Part shown: piece after piece, positions 13,801 through 26,415 of the stretch
How positions within the stretch are numbered: position 1 is the first letter of the stretch
Layout of the letters: each line of letters begins with the position of its first letter
Source: Octopus bimaculoides
Lineage: Eukaryota
Assembly (NCBI RefSeq): GCF_001194135.2
Contig: NC_068982.1
Location: 29,604,311-29,663,848 of the forward strand
DNA: 59,538 bases
Direction: 5' to 3'
Position numbers and translations under genes: made by a program
The notes under the pieces: generated by a model
Database searches by the model: none
What the model saw: only the letters and a program-made list of their open reading frames with translations
What the model was told of the DNA's origin: nothing

Positions 13801-14820
13801 TATTTTTTTCACTCCTTGAGGTTCACTCATTATTTGCCTTCATATGCATGCAATACTTGTACACATATACAGAAATCCTTGCCAATCTGAACATATGGGT
13901 CTCTACTTTCATTTCTAAAGTACTTTTTCCTCAAAATTTTAGTCAAAAGTCTAAACCTGAATAAGTAATATTTTTGTCTCTTGTTTCCAATGTAGTATAC
14001 ACTTATATAGTCAAATTTTTCCTTGTATTAGTTTACTGATGCAAAGTTAACTACAAATTATTTCATAAGAATTTCTCAGAGATATTCAACAGCGACATAA
14101 TCATTAATATATCATTTCAGTTTATATTTGGTGACTAGAAGACAGGAGGTAATTGTAAATGATAACAGCATGATACTAAACTTTAATATAGTTGCCATTG
14201 AAACAAAATAAGGTTAGATATAAATAACTGTAGACTTAGAGATCTTATTAAGATATCTAAATATCAAGACAGTAGAATTCAATAATAAATGTCTAAGACA
14301 CGAAGCTTCATCAGAAATCAAATCTTCGGCTTACCCTAAGGATTAAGAATGATTATCCTACAAATGTTTCTTAATGGATAGTTTACTTGACTAGAGATCT
14401 TTATCCAGTAATATAATTAAGAATACTTTCTCAGCTGAAGTTTTACTATCTATTACGAGTAAACTGCATCTTTACTTATCACTTTGGAAATTGTAACATT
14501 TAAATTGAAAATCTGAAATTCTAAAATTAAACTAGGATTCAGTCTACTGTGAGAAAAAAAAAAAAAAAAAAGAAGAATTGCTATTTTCTATTTTGTCCCC
14601 AAAAAGCTAAAAGCTGACAACAAATCAATGCAAAGTATCAATTATCTTCTTTCTTATTTTCTTCACTTTCATATCTTGTTAGACCCTTGAATTTGTTGTC
14701 TTATATAAGTTTTTAGAACAGTAATTTGATGTCTTCTGAAGTAGTAGCTTCTGGATATCACAAGGCAGGTGATATACTATTCAACTTTTTCAAAGATAAT
14801 TGAAATGAATGATGAATGTT

Positions 14821-14862
<42 letters not shown>

Positions 14863-15300
14863 AAAAAGAATTACTTCTTGCAAATTACCCTTGTCTTAAA
14901 TTTTCTCTTTCAAAACAAACAGTTGTTGTCTTTCATTTTACATACTCTTGCCTATAACACTATTAACTTCTCTGCAAATCTAATTATAAAGAGATGTTTT
15001 CGTTTGGCTTAATCTATGAGTATACTTCATTTTCTTTCATCATTAACCTTTTGATGATTTCTTCTCACTGTTCCACCTTTTAAAGCTTTCTGCTTTTCAC
15101 TTTTATCTATCTTCACATTTTAAAAGAATGTTTAACTAATATGCATTGTAATAACTCTACTATTTCTAGCAATACAACACTCTCTCTATACACACACAAT
15201 CATATTCTTTTATTCATTTACTTTTTTCAATCATTTGACTGTGGGCATGCTGGAGCACCGCCTTTAGTTGAAGAAATTGACCTCCACTTGCTAAAATCAG

Positions 15301-15400
15301 AGCCAAGGCTCCAAAACCACCATCAACTCACAATAAAGATACACACTGGCAATGCAAGGAAAATATTAGAAACAGGTTTACCTTTGCATTGAATACATCA
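15301..15400 (+). CDS. Candidate 100-nt exon (AKAPKPPSTHNKDTHWQCKENIRNRFTFALNTS), unidentified
   Basis: Strong donor CA|GTAAGT and an open frame of 33 codons. Acceptor (ctaaaatcAG) is weak and follows a SINE-B fragment; could instead be a LINE linker relic. Confidence 0.3.
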
Positions 15401-15492
15401 GTAAGTAATGTATATTTCAATACCAATTGATTTTAACAAGTGGTATTATATACTCTACTGATTCTAAATTTGTCAATATATATATATATATA

Positions 15493-15803
15493 TTATCATC
15501 ATTGTCATCGTTTAACGTCTGCTTTCCATGCTGGCATGGGTTGCACAGTTTGAATGGGGGCTGGCAAGCCAGAAAGCTGTATCAGACTCCAATCCGATCT
15601 GGCAAAGTTCCTACAGCTGGATGCCCTTCCAGTGTAGCACACTGAAAAGTAGTTGATGTTCAGAAAGGCATCCAGCCATACAAACCATGGCAAAACAGAC
15701 AGAGCATGATGTAGTCCTTGAATACATTGGATCCTGCCAAACTATCCAATCCATGCCAGCATGGAATATGGACGTTAACTGATAACGATAAAGATGACGA
15801 TGA
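15493..15803. mobile_element. Two family A copies in inverted arrangement
   Basis: Left arm 15493-15630 ends gctggatgcccttcc. Right arm 15662-15803 starts gaaaggcatccagcc and ends catgccagcatggaatatggacgttaa...gatgacgatg. Confidence 0.85.
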
Positions 15804-17642
15804 TATTTATATATATTTCAGCTATCTAGCACTCATATATTTATTGCCGATGTCTGTATCATCTTAACTTTCTCATCCATCATAAGACATAGAAGTATTC
15901 TCATCAGACCTTCATGCACCCCATATACATTACCTACACACCCGAACCCCCAACTGGCTGTTTATTACCAACATCCATTACTCATACTCACCTTTTATTC
16001 ACCATTTTCTATCCATCACTTTCTCACTCCTACCTCCGACAATAAAATTCACTAGGTACATTTTGTTAAGTGTAGGAGTGAAGGGATCCTTTAATTTTGC
16101 CAAGGACATGACAACACCTCTAGCACTATTTTTATGAAAATATGCTCCTCGTACACAGTACAAAGGGATCGGTGTTCAGATAAACATCTAGCCATAAGAA
16201 TGTGAGCCAGAAATGAAACTTAAGAATGAGATGTGGTCTGCCGATCCTACTAGGAGAGCAACAACGATCTGTCAAATTCATGCCAGCATGGAAAGTAGAC
16301 ATATAATTATGATGATAATGATGATGCTGTTGATGACTATGATGATAAATCTTGTTGAAGAAATACAAGAATCTATTGAAGCAAAATGTCTGATTGTAAG
16401 GCATCACTTGGTTAATCAAAGAAATATTAACTTTGCATGGTAGAGTATAGAGTACTTTCCAAAGTTTTACTCCACTTGATAAACGATCGAAATATGCAAC
16501 AGATATGCACACACACACGGACACACACACACACACCATTTCTTCCTCAACATGGAAACTACTTAATATTTTTTTATTAATAATGTTTTTTCTGAAATAT
16601 TAAAAAAAAAATCCAAAAGACCAAAAAAGAAGGGAAAATAAAACTATATATTTCTCAGTTAGAACAATTCCACTTCACATGTTACCATGTTTGAGAAATA
16701 CGGTAATGTTATCCAATTGGGTCTCTCCTTCACCATTAATTTCAAGCCTTAGGCCAATGTAAGAAATCGATGTTAAAAAAAAAAAACACTCTTCACAAAA
16801 TACTAAAAGAACAAACCCATCAGCCTAACAGTCGAAAAATCATTGGATTTAAATAATTAGGATTCACAGGTCAATTATCAACGAAATCTGCTGTACCAAA
16901 CTATTTTCAACTGATCATTTGTACTTCCTTCTCATTTTTCACATTTAGCAGCAAAACTCATGTAACTATGTCTCTGCTATCCATTGCTATTTTTTCTTCT
17001 TTTTTTTTTTCCTTTTTTTCCTCTCACACATGAGATCAAAATTAAACTACTTCACCCAAGTGTGTTCTATTAGAATCGTAAAAGTGCTGTTTTTGAGATC
17101 CAAAATTAAACTTTCAGAATGAGAGAACATGCTATTAGAAGTAATGAAAAGTATTCAACCCACTATAGAAACAAAGATCAATATCCTTGTGCAAAGACAT
17201 ATGTGTATATATTTGTATACTCATCTATATGTGTATGCTTGTATACACACATGAGTACATATGTATGTATGTATATATATATATATATGAACAACTGACG
17301 AAAGCCCAGTTCTACTTCTGTTATTATGTGTTTGTGAGAGAGAGAGAGAAAGAAGGAGAGAGAGATATCGTTGCTGAATATGGGATCTTGTCTTAAGGGA
17401 AGTAAGAATCTAAAAGTATCATTTTCTATGAGACAAGAATTGTAAAATAAAATTAAGGCAAAAAAGAGAACACCATTTGCTTCATTCACGTAATTTACAT
17501 TAGTTCTAGTAGAAAAAAATCTCATTTGATATTGGCACTTGAAAATAAAATTCCCTGTGATACAAGAATGTAATAGTTTAATTTTGTTGCTTTTCATTTT
17601 CTTTTTCTCATTTGCATATTCTCACATACATGTATGGGCATA

Positions 17643-17728
<86 letters not shown>

Positions 17729-17814
17729 TAGGCACAAATTCACAGAAACACACATATACAAACACAGATATTTGTGTAGCTGATAGTGTAACAAATTCTA
17801 AAGTAGATAGATAA

Positions 17815-17861
<47 letters not shown>

Positions 17862-17964
17862 GATAGATAGATAGATAGATGATAAATTAACAGATATAAT
17901 GAAAGAGAGAGACAGCATTCTTGATAGTGATTTGCAAGTAATGAGTAGTAAACAATATCTCTTT

Positions 17965-18050
17965 AGCTTTTGAAGATTGTTATCAAGGACTCTTTAACAA
18001 ATAGGAAATCATACTTTTCAATTGTCGGACAGAGTTTTAACATTGATATG
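17965..18050 (+). pseudogene. Short decayed LINE RT fragment
   Basis: LLKIVIKDSLTNRKSYFSIVGQ resembles the CR1/L2-type LL.WI.DFLTNRKQ.V.I.G segment. Confidence 0.3.
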
Positions 18051-18297
18051 ATGAAGAAACTATCTGAATCAAAATAATGTGAAAAATAAGGGTAAAATAA
18101 AAAAAAATAATATACAGGTGCAGACATGTCTGTTTGGCTGAGAAGCTAGCTTTGGTTCTTATTTTACCAAACCTCAAAAGGACAAAAAACAAAAATTGAC
18201 CTCAGCTGAATTTGAACTCAGGACATAAAGTCAGAAAAAAAATGCAGAAAAGCATTTTGTCCAGCATGTCAATTTTTCTGCCAGATTGCCACCTTAA

Positions 18298-18521
18298 CAT
18301 TTAACATTTAATCTAAGCCATATCAGGCTCAAATATTCTTCATGTTCTGTGTTCAGACTGGCCAAGTTCAGCCTCTCACACCTATCCTACAATGTCATTC
18401 TAAAAATAAACTGTCACATCATTGAAATCTCAAAGCTACAAGATAATGCAAGATTAATTCAAAACAATGTGAATAAATAAGCATTACACTTCACATATTA
18501 ATCTGAATGTTAAAGGGTTAA
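18298..18521 (-). mobile_element. piggyBac-like non-autonomous element end
   Basis: Ends ...ctgaatgttaaagggTTAA, i.e. TTAA+CCCTTT on the minus strand, the piggyBac-type terminus. The other TIR is not clear. Confidence 0.45.
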
Positions 18522-19074
18522 TGTGTGTATGTGTTAATATAATGTACATTTATACACACCCATTTATATGTGTGTATGCGTATATGTGTGTGTATATGTC
18601 TATATCAATGTGGGTTTCCAAATCAATGTCAAATGAAAATACTTTGTGATATTCTGATAGTCTCACTAGCCTCTCTTTATAACCAGTCAAATCTGTCTTT
18701 CATTTCCCTCCAAGGCTGATAAATTGAATACCAAACCATTTTCTTAATGCTACATAATTTTAAATACTTTTCATGAGACATTCGATCATGACTATACACT
18801 TTTTCTCGTAGATAAACCAATCTTATCAAACATATACCTCTTCAGATTACTGAATAAGTTATAGAAATAAAATAAAATAAAATAAAATGAAATGGTTTGA
18901 CTACAATTTGATGCTTGTCAGAAGATCATCAATACCCTATTATGTTGTGTTACTCTTTTTTCATCAACACCTTTCTCTCCCTTACACACATAGACTGAGA
19001 AGGATAAACAAGTATACAGACAGTAAGCTTTATTATTCTAAATTATTGGTCTATGCTAGAACAAAGCCATTCTT

Positions 19075-19455
19075 TTATTTCTCTTATTTGTTTCAGTCGT
19101 TGGACTGCACCATCTTGAAGAGTTTAGTCAAATAAATCAGTCCCAATGATTTACTTTTTTCTAAAAGCTTGGCACTTATTCTGTTGGTCTCACTTCCTGA
19201 ACTGCTAAGTTACGGGGTACAGAAACAAGCCAACACCAGCTGTCAAGCAGTGGTGGTGGTGAGAACAAGGATACACACACACACACACACACACATGCAT
19301 ACATATATAAAATGGGATTCCATATAAATTCCCTCAAAAGCTATTGGTCAGCCCAGTGCTATAGTAGAAGAATTTGCCAAAGGTACCTCGCAGTGGAACT
19401 GAACTTGAAACTGCACAGATGCAAAGCCAGTTTCTTAACCACACAATGATGCCTG
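19075..19455 (-). mobile_element. Family B SINE, near full length
   Basis: cttatttgtttcagtcgttggactgc...gctaagttacgggg...(CA)n...gctatagtagaag...gtggaactgaac...cttaaccacac. Confidence 0.85.
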
Positions 19456-20028
19456 TGTCTATTCCCAACATTCCCAACGATATCTTTGTTAATATGCTGT
19501 CTACTAGGGAGCTATGCAGGCAGGTAAAAATGTTATTGGTAAAAGAGAGCTGCAAAACTAAATGCTTCCATTTTTTCTTCATTCAAAACTACTTTAAATT
19601 CCATAATTTTAACTTCGATATGCTAAGCACAGATAAGATTCAAAGGTCATGTTCGTAGACTAAAATTATTAACTCTTATAACAAAATGACTTCATTCCAA
19701 GCAAAATAGATATCTTCTTTATTCTTCTTTTATTTTCTCCCTCACTTCAGTTATAGGACTGCAGCCATGTAAAGGCACAGTGTTCAAGGACTCGAGTTGA
19801 TTATATCCACTCTAGTATTTTGTTTGCCTTCATCTTCCTCTGAGGTTGATAAAATGAATACCAATCAATTGATTATAAACTGAGGCAGCCAGCATATTGA
19901 AATATTACAAAGAATTTTCATTTGACATAGCAATTAAGAAACCCCACGCTAATATAGACACACACACATCTTTATGTGCTTCGATGTGTATGTGCGTGTG
20001 TGTGTGTGGGACGATACATATATGTATG

Positions 20029-20112
<84 letters not shown>

Positions 20113-20114
<2 letters not shown>

Positions 20115-20652
20115 GGGAGACATAACAGAAGTAAATAGACACCCCATAAAGCATCGTTTTATGTTTATTCTTACTTGTAAAGGCTTATATGTTTTATTAA
20201 TTGGCATTTTTATGTTTCAGGTTCTATATGAGACTGTTTAATCATGCCATGTACAAAAGAAGTCTTGGAACTGTCTGAATTTCAAAAAGGCTGTATTGTG
20301 GGTCATTCTGAAGGTGGACATAGCATAAAATTGCAGAAAACCATGGGATCCTACTTTCTACTATTAATAGAGTGAATGTGCAGTTCATCAGAGAGGTGAA
20401 GGAGTCCACATCACCTCGCCCAGATCAACTAGGGTCCTCTGACAGGACCCTTCTTTTTGTTAAGAAAAGTGTGGAAGATAAGAGAATATTCGTCATCTGA
20501 TCAGTAACATGCCTAACAGGGTCCTTACAATGTTTACTAAATATCAAATATTCACATCATAACAATTAATAAATAATTTAAATGTATAATAAAGATTTAA
20601 ATATATTTTAATGATTATAAGGATGTCTATTTACTTCTGTCATGTCTGTGTG
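20113..20652 (+). mobile_element. Tc1-like DNA transposon, internally deleted, both TIRs present
   Basis: Left TIR gacataacagaagtaaatagacaccc (20119-20144) vs right ggatgtctatttacttctgtcatgtc (20621-20646): 24/26 inverted identity. Embedded in (TA)/(CA) repeats. Confidence 0.85.
20244..20499 (+). pseudogene. Tc1 transposase N-terminal (paired-like HTH) fragment, one frameshift
   Basis: MPCTKEVLELSEFQKGCIVGHSEGGHS / KIAENHGILLSTINRV...STSPRP matches the Tc1 pattern ELSEF.RG.IVG..E.G.S..IA..LGI..ST..R. Confidence 0.8.
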
Positions 20653-20959
20653 TATATGTACATTTGTGTATGCTTCTGTATGTATATGTATGGATCTGTA
20701 TGCATATGTATCTGTATGTGTACATGTGGGCGCATGTGTTTGTGTTTATGTTTACATTGGTCTAAGACCAGTATTGTCTGTGATGAGTCATTTTATGTCC
20801 AGTAACTTAGCAGTCTGGCAAATAGAGATGATAAAATAAGAATCAAATTATAAAACATCAATATCATTGACTAAAACTCTTGAAGCTGGTGCCCCCGCAT
20901 AGCCACAATCCAATGAATAAAAGCATAAAAAACACACACATGCACGTAGACATATATGC

Positions 20960-20965
20960 AAGAGA

Positions 20966-21045
<80 letters not shown>
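20960..21045. repeat. (GA)n homopurine tract
   Basis: Read directly. Confidence 0.95.
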
Positions 21046-21047
<2 letters not shown>

Positions 21048-21499
21048 TGTATTTTCATTGCTTCTTCAGTCATCCTTAGCCTCTCTTAAAATTCCATCTG
21101 AAGGGAACCATTGCTAGAATTGCGCCCACTTAATTATAGCTTTTGGTGAATTCAGTCATTTCTTCTTCTATGCAGTAATCAAGGCCATTGTTATTTAGGA
21201 TTCTCATTATTATCTTTGTTTTACTCTTCTTAATTAGGAATCTAACATTTTTTTTCCTTGAGTAACAAAGTTATTTAGTATTTCCTGCGTTTGTTCTTAA
21301 GATGGCGCCATCGATACAATATCACCAGCATTAATCCAAGTCCTATCACATTTTTTTTTTTTTTCCTTTAATCAAATCTTTTCCGTAATTTTCTTTCTCT
21401 ATTCTGTTTACACATTACAAAATCAATAAGCAATGAAAAAGAGCACTGGCAATAATATACTACCTTGCAGCACTCCTAAAATTTATCTGAATTTTGATA

Positions 21500-22225
21500 A
21501 GACCACCACCAACCAGTATGAATTTCAAATATAATATCAAGACATACAAAAATAAAACTTTATATTACTCTTCTATGAACCATTTTAACCCATGGACAAT
21601 TCCTCAAAGTATATCACAGTAATTACTGCTGCAAAAATTTTGGCTTTTGAGAATAAGGCTTTGAGGAAAATACTGGGGGTTTAACTAACAACAGCAGACA
21701 ACTAATGTTTTTATAAAGGAAGTGATTAGGTTTAGAACTGTGTGGGCTGGGGCCTGTGTGGATTTAACAAGCAACAGTAAAATTATGGTAGTTTAAACTT
21801 ATGCAGCACACTATGGCAAGGAAAGACAAATAATGAATGCGAATTCTGGTTTGTCTTCTCATTAGTAAAATGAATGGTATGGAGAAAGGCATAAAATTTC
21901 AGGATTTTTTTTTTTTTTAAATTTTTGAGAGTGATGGAGAAGGGTGGTATTTAATAGCTTGAGAAGTGCTGGGTTGAGGGATGTAAATATCCGTATTAAA
22001 TTTTCAAGATGGAAATAGACAGGTTAAAAGAAGCAAGTCTTATGAAGTAAGCTTTTGACTTGTAAACTGTAGGGTAGAAAGGGATGGGGGAACAAAGCTA
22101 AGAATGATGATGAGAGAAGTTAATGAAGAAAACTGGATGGAAATGGGAGAAATAGCTCAAAACAGAAGTATGTGGTTTAAGTTAAAAAATGACCTATGCA
22201 TCCAGAAGAAGACAAAAGATTAATA
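21500..22225 (+). pseudogene. RTE-clade LINE 3' ORF2 relic(s)
   Basis: AKILAFENKALRKILGV (~21630-21680) and WMEMGEIAQNRSMWFKLKNDLC (~22135-22200) match RTE C-terminal motifs (AFE.K.LR.ILG; AQDR..W...V..LC). Confidence 0.6.
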
Positions 22226-22428
22226 ATAATAATAATAATGATTTGGGGGGAGGGGGCTTGTCGATTACATCAACCTCACTGTGTAACTGGTACTTAATTT
22301 ATTGACCCCGAAAGTATGAAAGGCAAAGTCGACCTCAGTGGAATTTGAACTCAGAACATAGTGGCAGACGAAATACCGCTAAGCATTTTGCCTAGNNNNN
22401 NNNNNTAATAATAATAATAATAATAATG

Positions 22429-22468
<40 letters not shown>

Positions 22469-22930
22469 TAATAATAATAATACAAACCAGACTTCTGCAC
22501 TATTCCTTTTTTTATCTTTTACTAGTTTCAATCATTGGACTATAGTCATGCTGAGGAATTGAACCCATTACATACTAGTTACAAAGCAACCTTTTTAATG
22601 ATGCAGACATGTCTTGATTGGAACCAAATATACAAGCTCCATATATTAACATTGTGAATGTAAAGCTCTTAGCTAAAAAGGAGTTAATGAGGTTACTAAG
22701 CCAAAAAAGAAACAAATTATGAAAACAATAAAACAGCAATAATATTGGTGAAGGATATGTAGACATGAATACAAAATTGTCTGAACATTATTCAGCTTAT
22801 ACACATTTGAATCATTGTCACACGTACTAGTGTAAATTTATGTGTATGTATATGCATGCAACACATACATGCATTCAGGGGGTATGGATGGGTGTGCACA
22901 TGTATGTCTATAGATGTATATATATATATG

Positions 22931-22962
<32 letters not shown>

Positions 22963-23264
22963 NNNNNNNNNNNNNNNNNNNNNNNNNNNNNNNNNNNNNN
23001 NNNNNNNNNNNNNNNNNNNNNNNNNNNNNNNNNNNNNNNNNNNNNNNNNNNNNNNNNNNNNNNNNNNNNNNNNNNNNNNNNNNNNNNNNNNNNNNNNNNN
23101 NNNNNNNNNNNNNNNNNNNNNNNNNNNNNNNNNNNNNNNNNNNNNNNNNNNNNNNNNNNNNNNNNNNNNNNNNNNNNNNCATTTAACATCCATTTTCCAT
23201 GGTAAATATATATATATATATATATACTCATATCATCATCATCATCATCATCATCACCATCATT

Positions 23265-23660
23265 ATCATCATCATTTTATATTCATGTTCCATGCTGGCA
23301 TGGGTTGGACAGTTTAACAGGATCCAATGTGTCAAAGAACTGCATCATGCTCCAATATCTATTCAGAAATGGTTTCTGTGGCTGGATACCCTTCCTGACC
23401 TCTGGTGTAGCTAAAGTGTGCGCCACGCGGGGCAGCCCTTCCATTTCCTGCCCCCAGACCCCACAAAAAACACATATTACCTGCAGCAGATCCAAAAGTG
23501 TCGCTCCCTTTAAAAGTGCCACCCGGGGCAAACCGCCCTTACCATCCCCCTGCTGCCCCTCCCCTAGCTACACTAGTGTTCCTAATGCCAACCACTTTAC
23601 AACGTGAACTGGGTGCTTTTATTGTTTTCATTCCACCTGCACTATTGAGGTCGCCATGCA
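23265..23660 (-). mobile_element. Family A element interrupted by a MITE
   Basis: catgctggcatgggttggacag...gctggatacccttcc [insert] ttcctaatgccaaccact resumes family A. Confidence 0.75.
23400..23578. mobile_element. GC-rich MITE with 14-bp TIRs and 8-bp TSD (hAT-like)
   Basis: TIRs ctctggtgtagcta / tagctacactagtg (12/14). Flanks ttcctgac (23392-99) and ttcctaat (23579-86). Confidence 0.7.
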
Positions 23661-24044
23661 GGTGGTATGATTATGAACTCTAGAGGAGATGGGGTTCATC
23701 TTCATTTTCATATTGCGGGACAAGGGGATTACTACAGGTGTGGAGGATCGGTATGGCTATTCATATCTAGCTGGGAGAGAGGAAGAGAAAACGACCAGTA
23801 GCAGCTGCAAGCGATGAATAATGGCAGTGATGTGTCCAGGTGACCCCATAAAGCAGAAATTGAGTAGAAGTGGCTGAGTGGTTTGCAAGATTGTATGGGA
23901 AGGCGAATGAGAGGTCAGGAGGCAGACTGCCAAAATGGTTAGGGTTGATCGAAGGGTGGTTGATATAAGAACCATGAGCTGGGAAAGATACTAAGATGCT
24001 GAATAATGAGGAGGGGGCGAGCAATGGTACAGTTATCAACATAA

Positions 24045-24084
<40 letters not shown>

Positions 24085-24094
24085 NNNNNNNNNN

Positions 24095-24135
<41 letters not shown>

Positions 24136-24615
24136 GCTTTTCTTTCACTCTTTTATTTGTTTCAGTCATTTGACTGTGGCCATGCTGGAGCACCACCTTT
24201 AGTCGAACAAATCAACTGCAAGACTTATTCTTTGTAATCCGAGTACTTATTCTATAGATTTCTATTGCTGAACCACTACGTTATGGGGACGTAAACACAC
24301 CAATATCAGTTGTCAAGTGATGGTGGGAGGACAAACACACACACACATATCTATACACACACTTATAGTTATGTATGTATACATATATACTCATGCATAT
24401 ATACTTTTCTGCTACAGGCACAAGGTCTGAAATTTTTGGGGAGGGGTGCCAATCGATTAGATCGACCTCAGTATGCAACCGGTACTTAATTTATCGACTC
24501 CAAAAGGATGAAAGGCAAAGTTGACCTTGGTGGAATTTGAACTCAAAACGTAAAGACAGATGAAATACCACTAAGCATTTTGCCTGGCGTGCTAATGTTT
24601 CTGCCAGCTCACCAT
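24136..24615 (-). mobile_element. Family B 3' half followed by a family C copy
   Basis: B: cttttatttgtttcagtcatttgactgtggccatgctggagcacc (24140-24345). C: ggcacaaggtc...gaaaggcaaagttgacc...ctgccagctcacc (24405-24615). Confidence 0.85.
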
Positions 24616-25593
24616 GTTATACTCATACATATATAATATCATGAGTGATTTCTTTAATTCATACATAATTTCTTTTACATCTAAATCATGGACAAACACA
24701 ACACAGTTTTATACTTTATCTAGATGGGGGTTTTGGTGTTAATAAGCAGACAAAAAGTACTTTTGTCTCATTTATATATATAAATATTCTTTGAATTCTC
24801 CACTTAAAACTTAATAATCAAATAGTAAAAAGGAACGAATCGAAATAGTAATTAAGCAGTCAATTTGTTCGAGTGACATTATTGATTTCTTTAACTTTAA
24901 TTTTACGCCTAGCATTGGTTATTAGATTTTGTAACATTATTATGAGAAATGAAAAGTACTTATTAGCTAAATAGTTGAAGACAATCACAATGGTTATGAC
25001 GAGGATGATGATGGTGTCAATAATGATAAGGAGGCTTATGATAAGAATAAAAATGATGGTGATGGTGATGAAGTACATGCTGATAATGATTGTGCGATAA
25101 TGAAGATGAAGGAAGAGAGAAGAGGAGGGAAAAGAAGAAGGAGGAGCTCTATAGAATGGTGTTTCTTTCAAGTGTAGGTCAGAATAAAGATTGTAAAAGG
25201 AAAAAGGTAATTTCATTTGGAAAGAAACTATGACTCTGCATATCATGATCGGCACTGATTTTACTGACATTGATTTTTCTACCTGTCTTTACGATACTGG
25301 ATAGCATGGTTGGACATGATGTCTTCAAGCAGTTTCTATGGCTAGGAGATCTTCCTGATATCAAACTTTACTTGTTTCCAAGTAATGTACTTTATTCCAT
25401 GATTTGACATGTACCATCAAACTGCTGAATTTTCCGTTTATGATGTACACAAATATTATCATCCTAGGCTGAACAATGTCAAAGCAAAGATATGTGGATA
25501 CATACACACATGTATGCGTGCTAATGTGAATGTATTGTGAGTGCATGTGTTGTGTGTGTGTACTGCATGTGTGCATATGTGTGTGTGTATACC

Positions 25594-25905
25594 ATCATCA
25601 TCATCATCATTTAACGTCCACTTTCCCTACTAGCATGGGTTGGACGGTTTGACTGAGGACTGGTAAACCAGATGGCTGCACCAGGATCCAATCTGATCTG
25701 GCAGAATTTCTACAGCTGGATGCCCTTCCTAGCGCCAACCACTCCAAGAGTGTAGTGGGTGCTTTTACGTGCCACCGGCATGAGGGCCAGTCAGGCAGTA
25801 CTGACAAAGGCCATGCTCAAAATGGTGTATTTTATGTGCCACCCGCACAAGAGCCAGTCAGCTGCTCTGGCAACGATCATGCTCGGATGGTGTGCTTAGC
25901 TCTTA
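25594..25905 (-). mobile_element. Family A element, long copy
   Basis: (CAT)n ttaacgtccac...ctggatgcccttcctagcgccaaccact...gtgccaccggca...; runs into (TA)n and a gap. Confidence 0.85.
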
Positions 25906-26415
25906 GCTCTTATATATATANNNNNNNNNNNNNNNNNNNNNNNNNNNNNNNNNNNNNNNNNNNNNNNNNNNNNNNNNNNNNNNNNNNNNNNNNNNNNNNN
26001 NNNNNNNNNNNNNNNNNNNNNNNNNNNNNNNNNNNNNNNNNNNNNNNNNNNNNNNNNNNNNNNNNNNNNNNNNNNNNNNNNNNNNNNNNNNNNNNNNNNN
26101 NNNNNNNNNNNNNNNNNNNNNNNNNNNNNNNNNNNNNNNNNNNNNNNNNNNNNNNNNNNNNNNNNNNNNNNNNNNNNNNNNNNNNNNNNNNNNNNNNNNN
26201 NNNNNNNNNNNNNNNNNNNNNNNNNNNNNNNNNNNNNNNNNNNNNNNNNNNNNNNNNNNNNNNNNNNNNNNNNNNNNNNNNNNNNNNNNNNNNNNNNNNN
26301 NNNNNNNNNNNNNNNNNNNNNNNNNNNNNNNNNNNNNNNNNNNNNNNNNNNNNNNNNNNNNNNNNNNNNNNNNNNNNNNNNNNNNNNNNNNNNNNNNNNN
26401 NNNNNNNNNNNNNNA

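Noticed and set aside
15340-15420. Assignment of HWQCKENIRNRFTFALNT to a BTBD1/2/3/6-type N-terminus
   Set aside because: Only pattern-level resemblance (WQ...R.RF.F..N), and I found no following BTB exon. An RTE linker (L.NRF..L) fits equally well, so no gene symbol is given.
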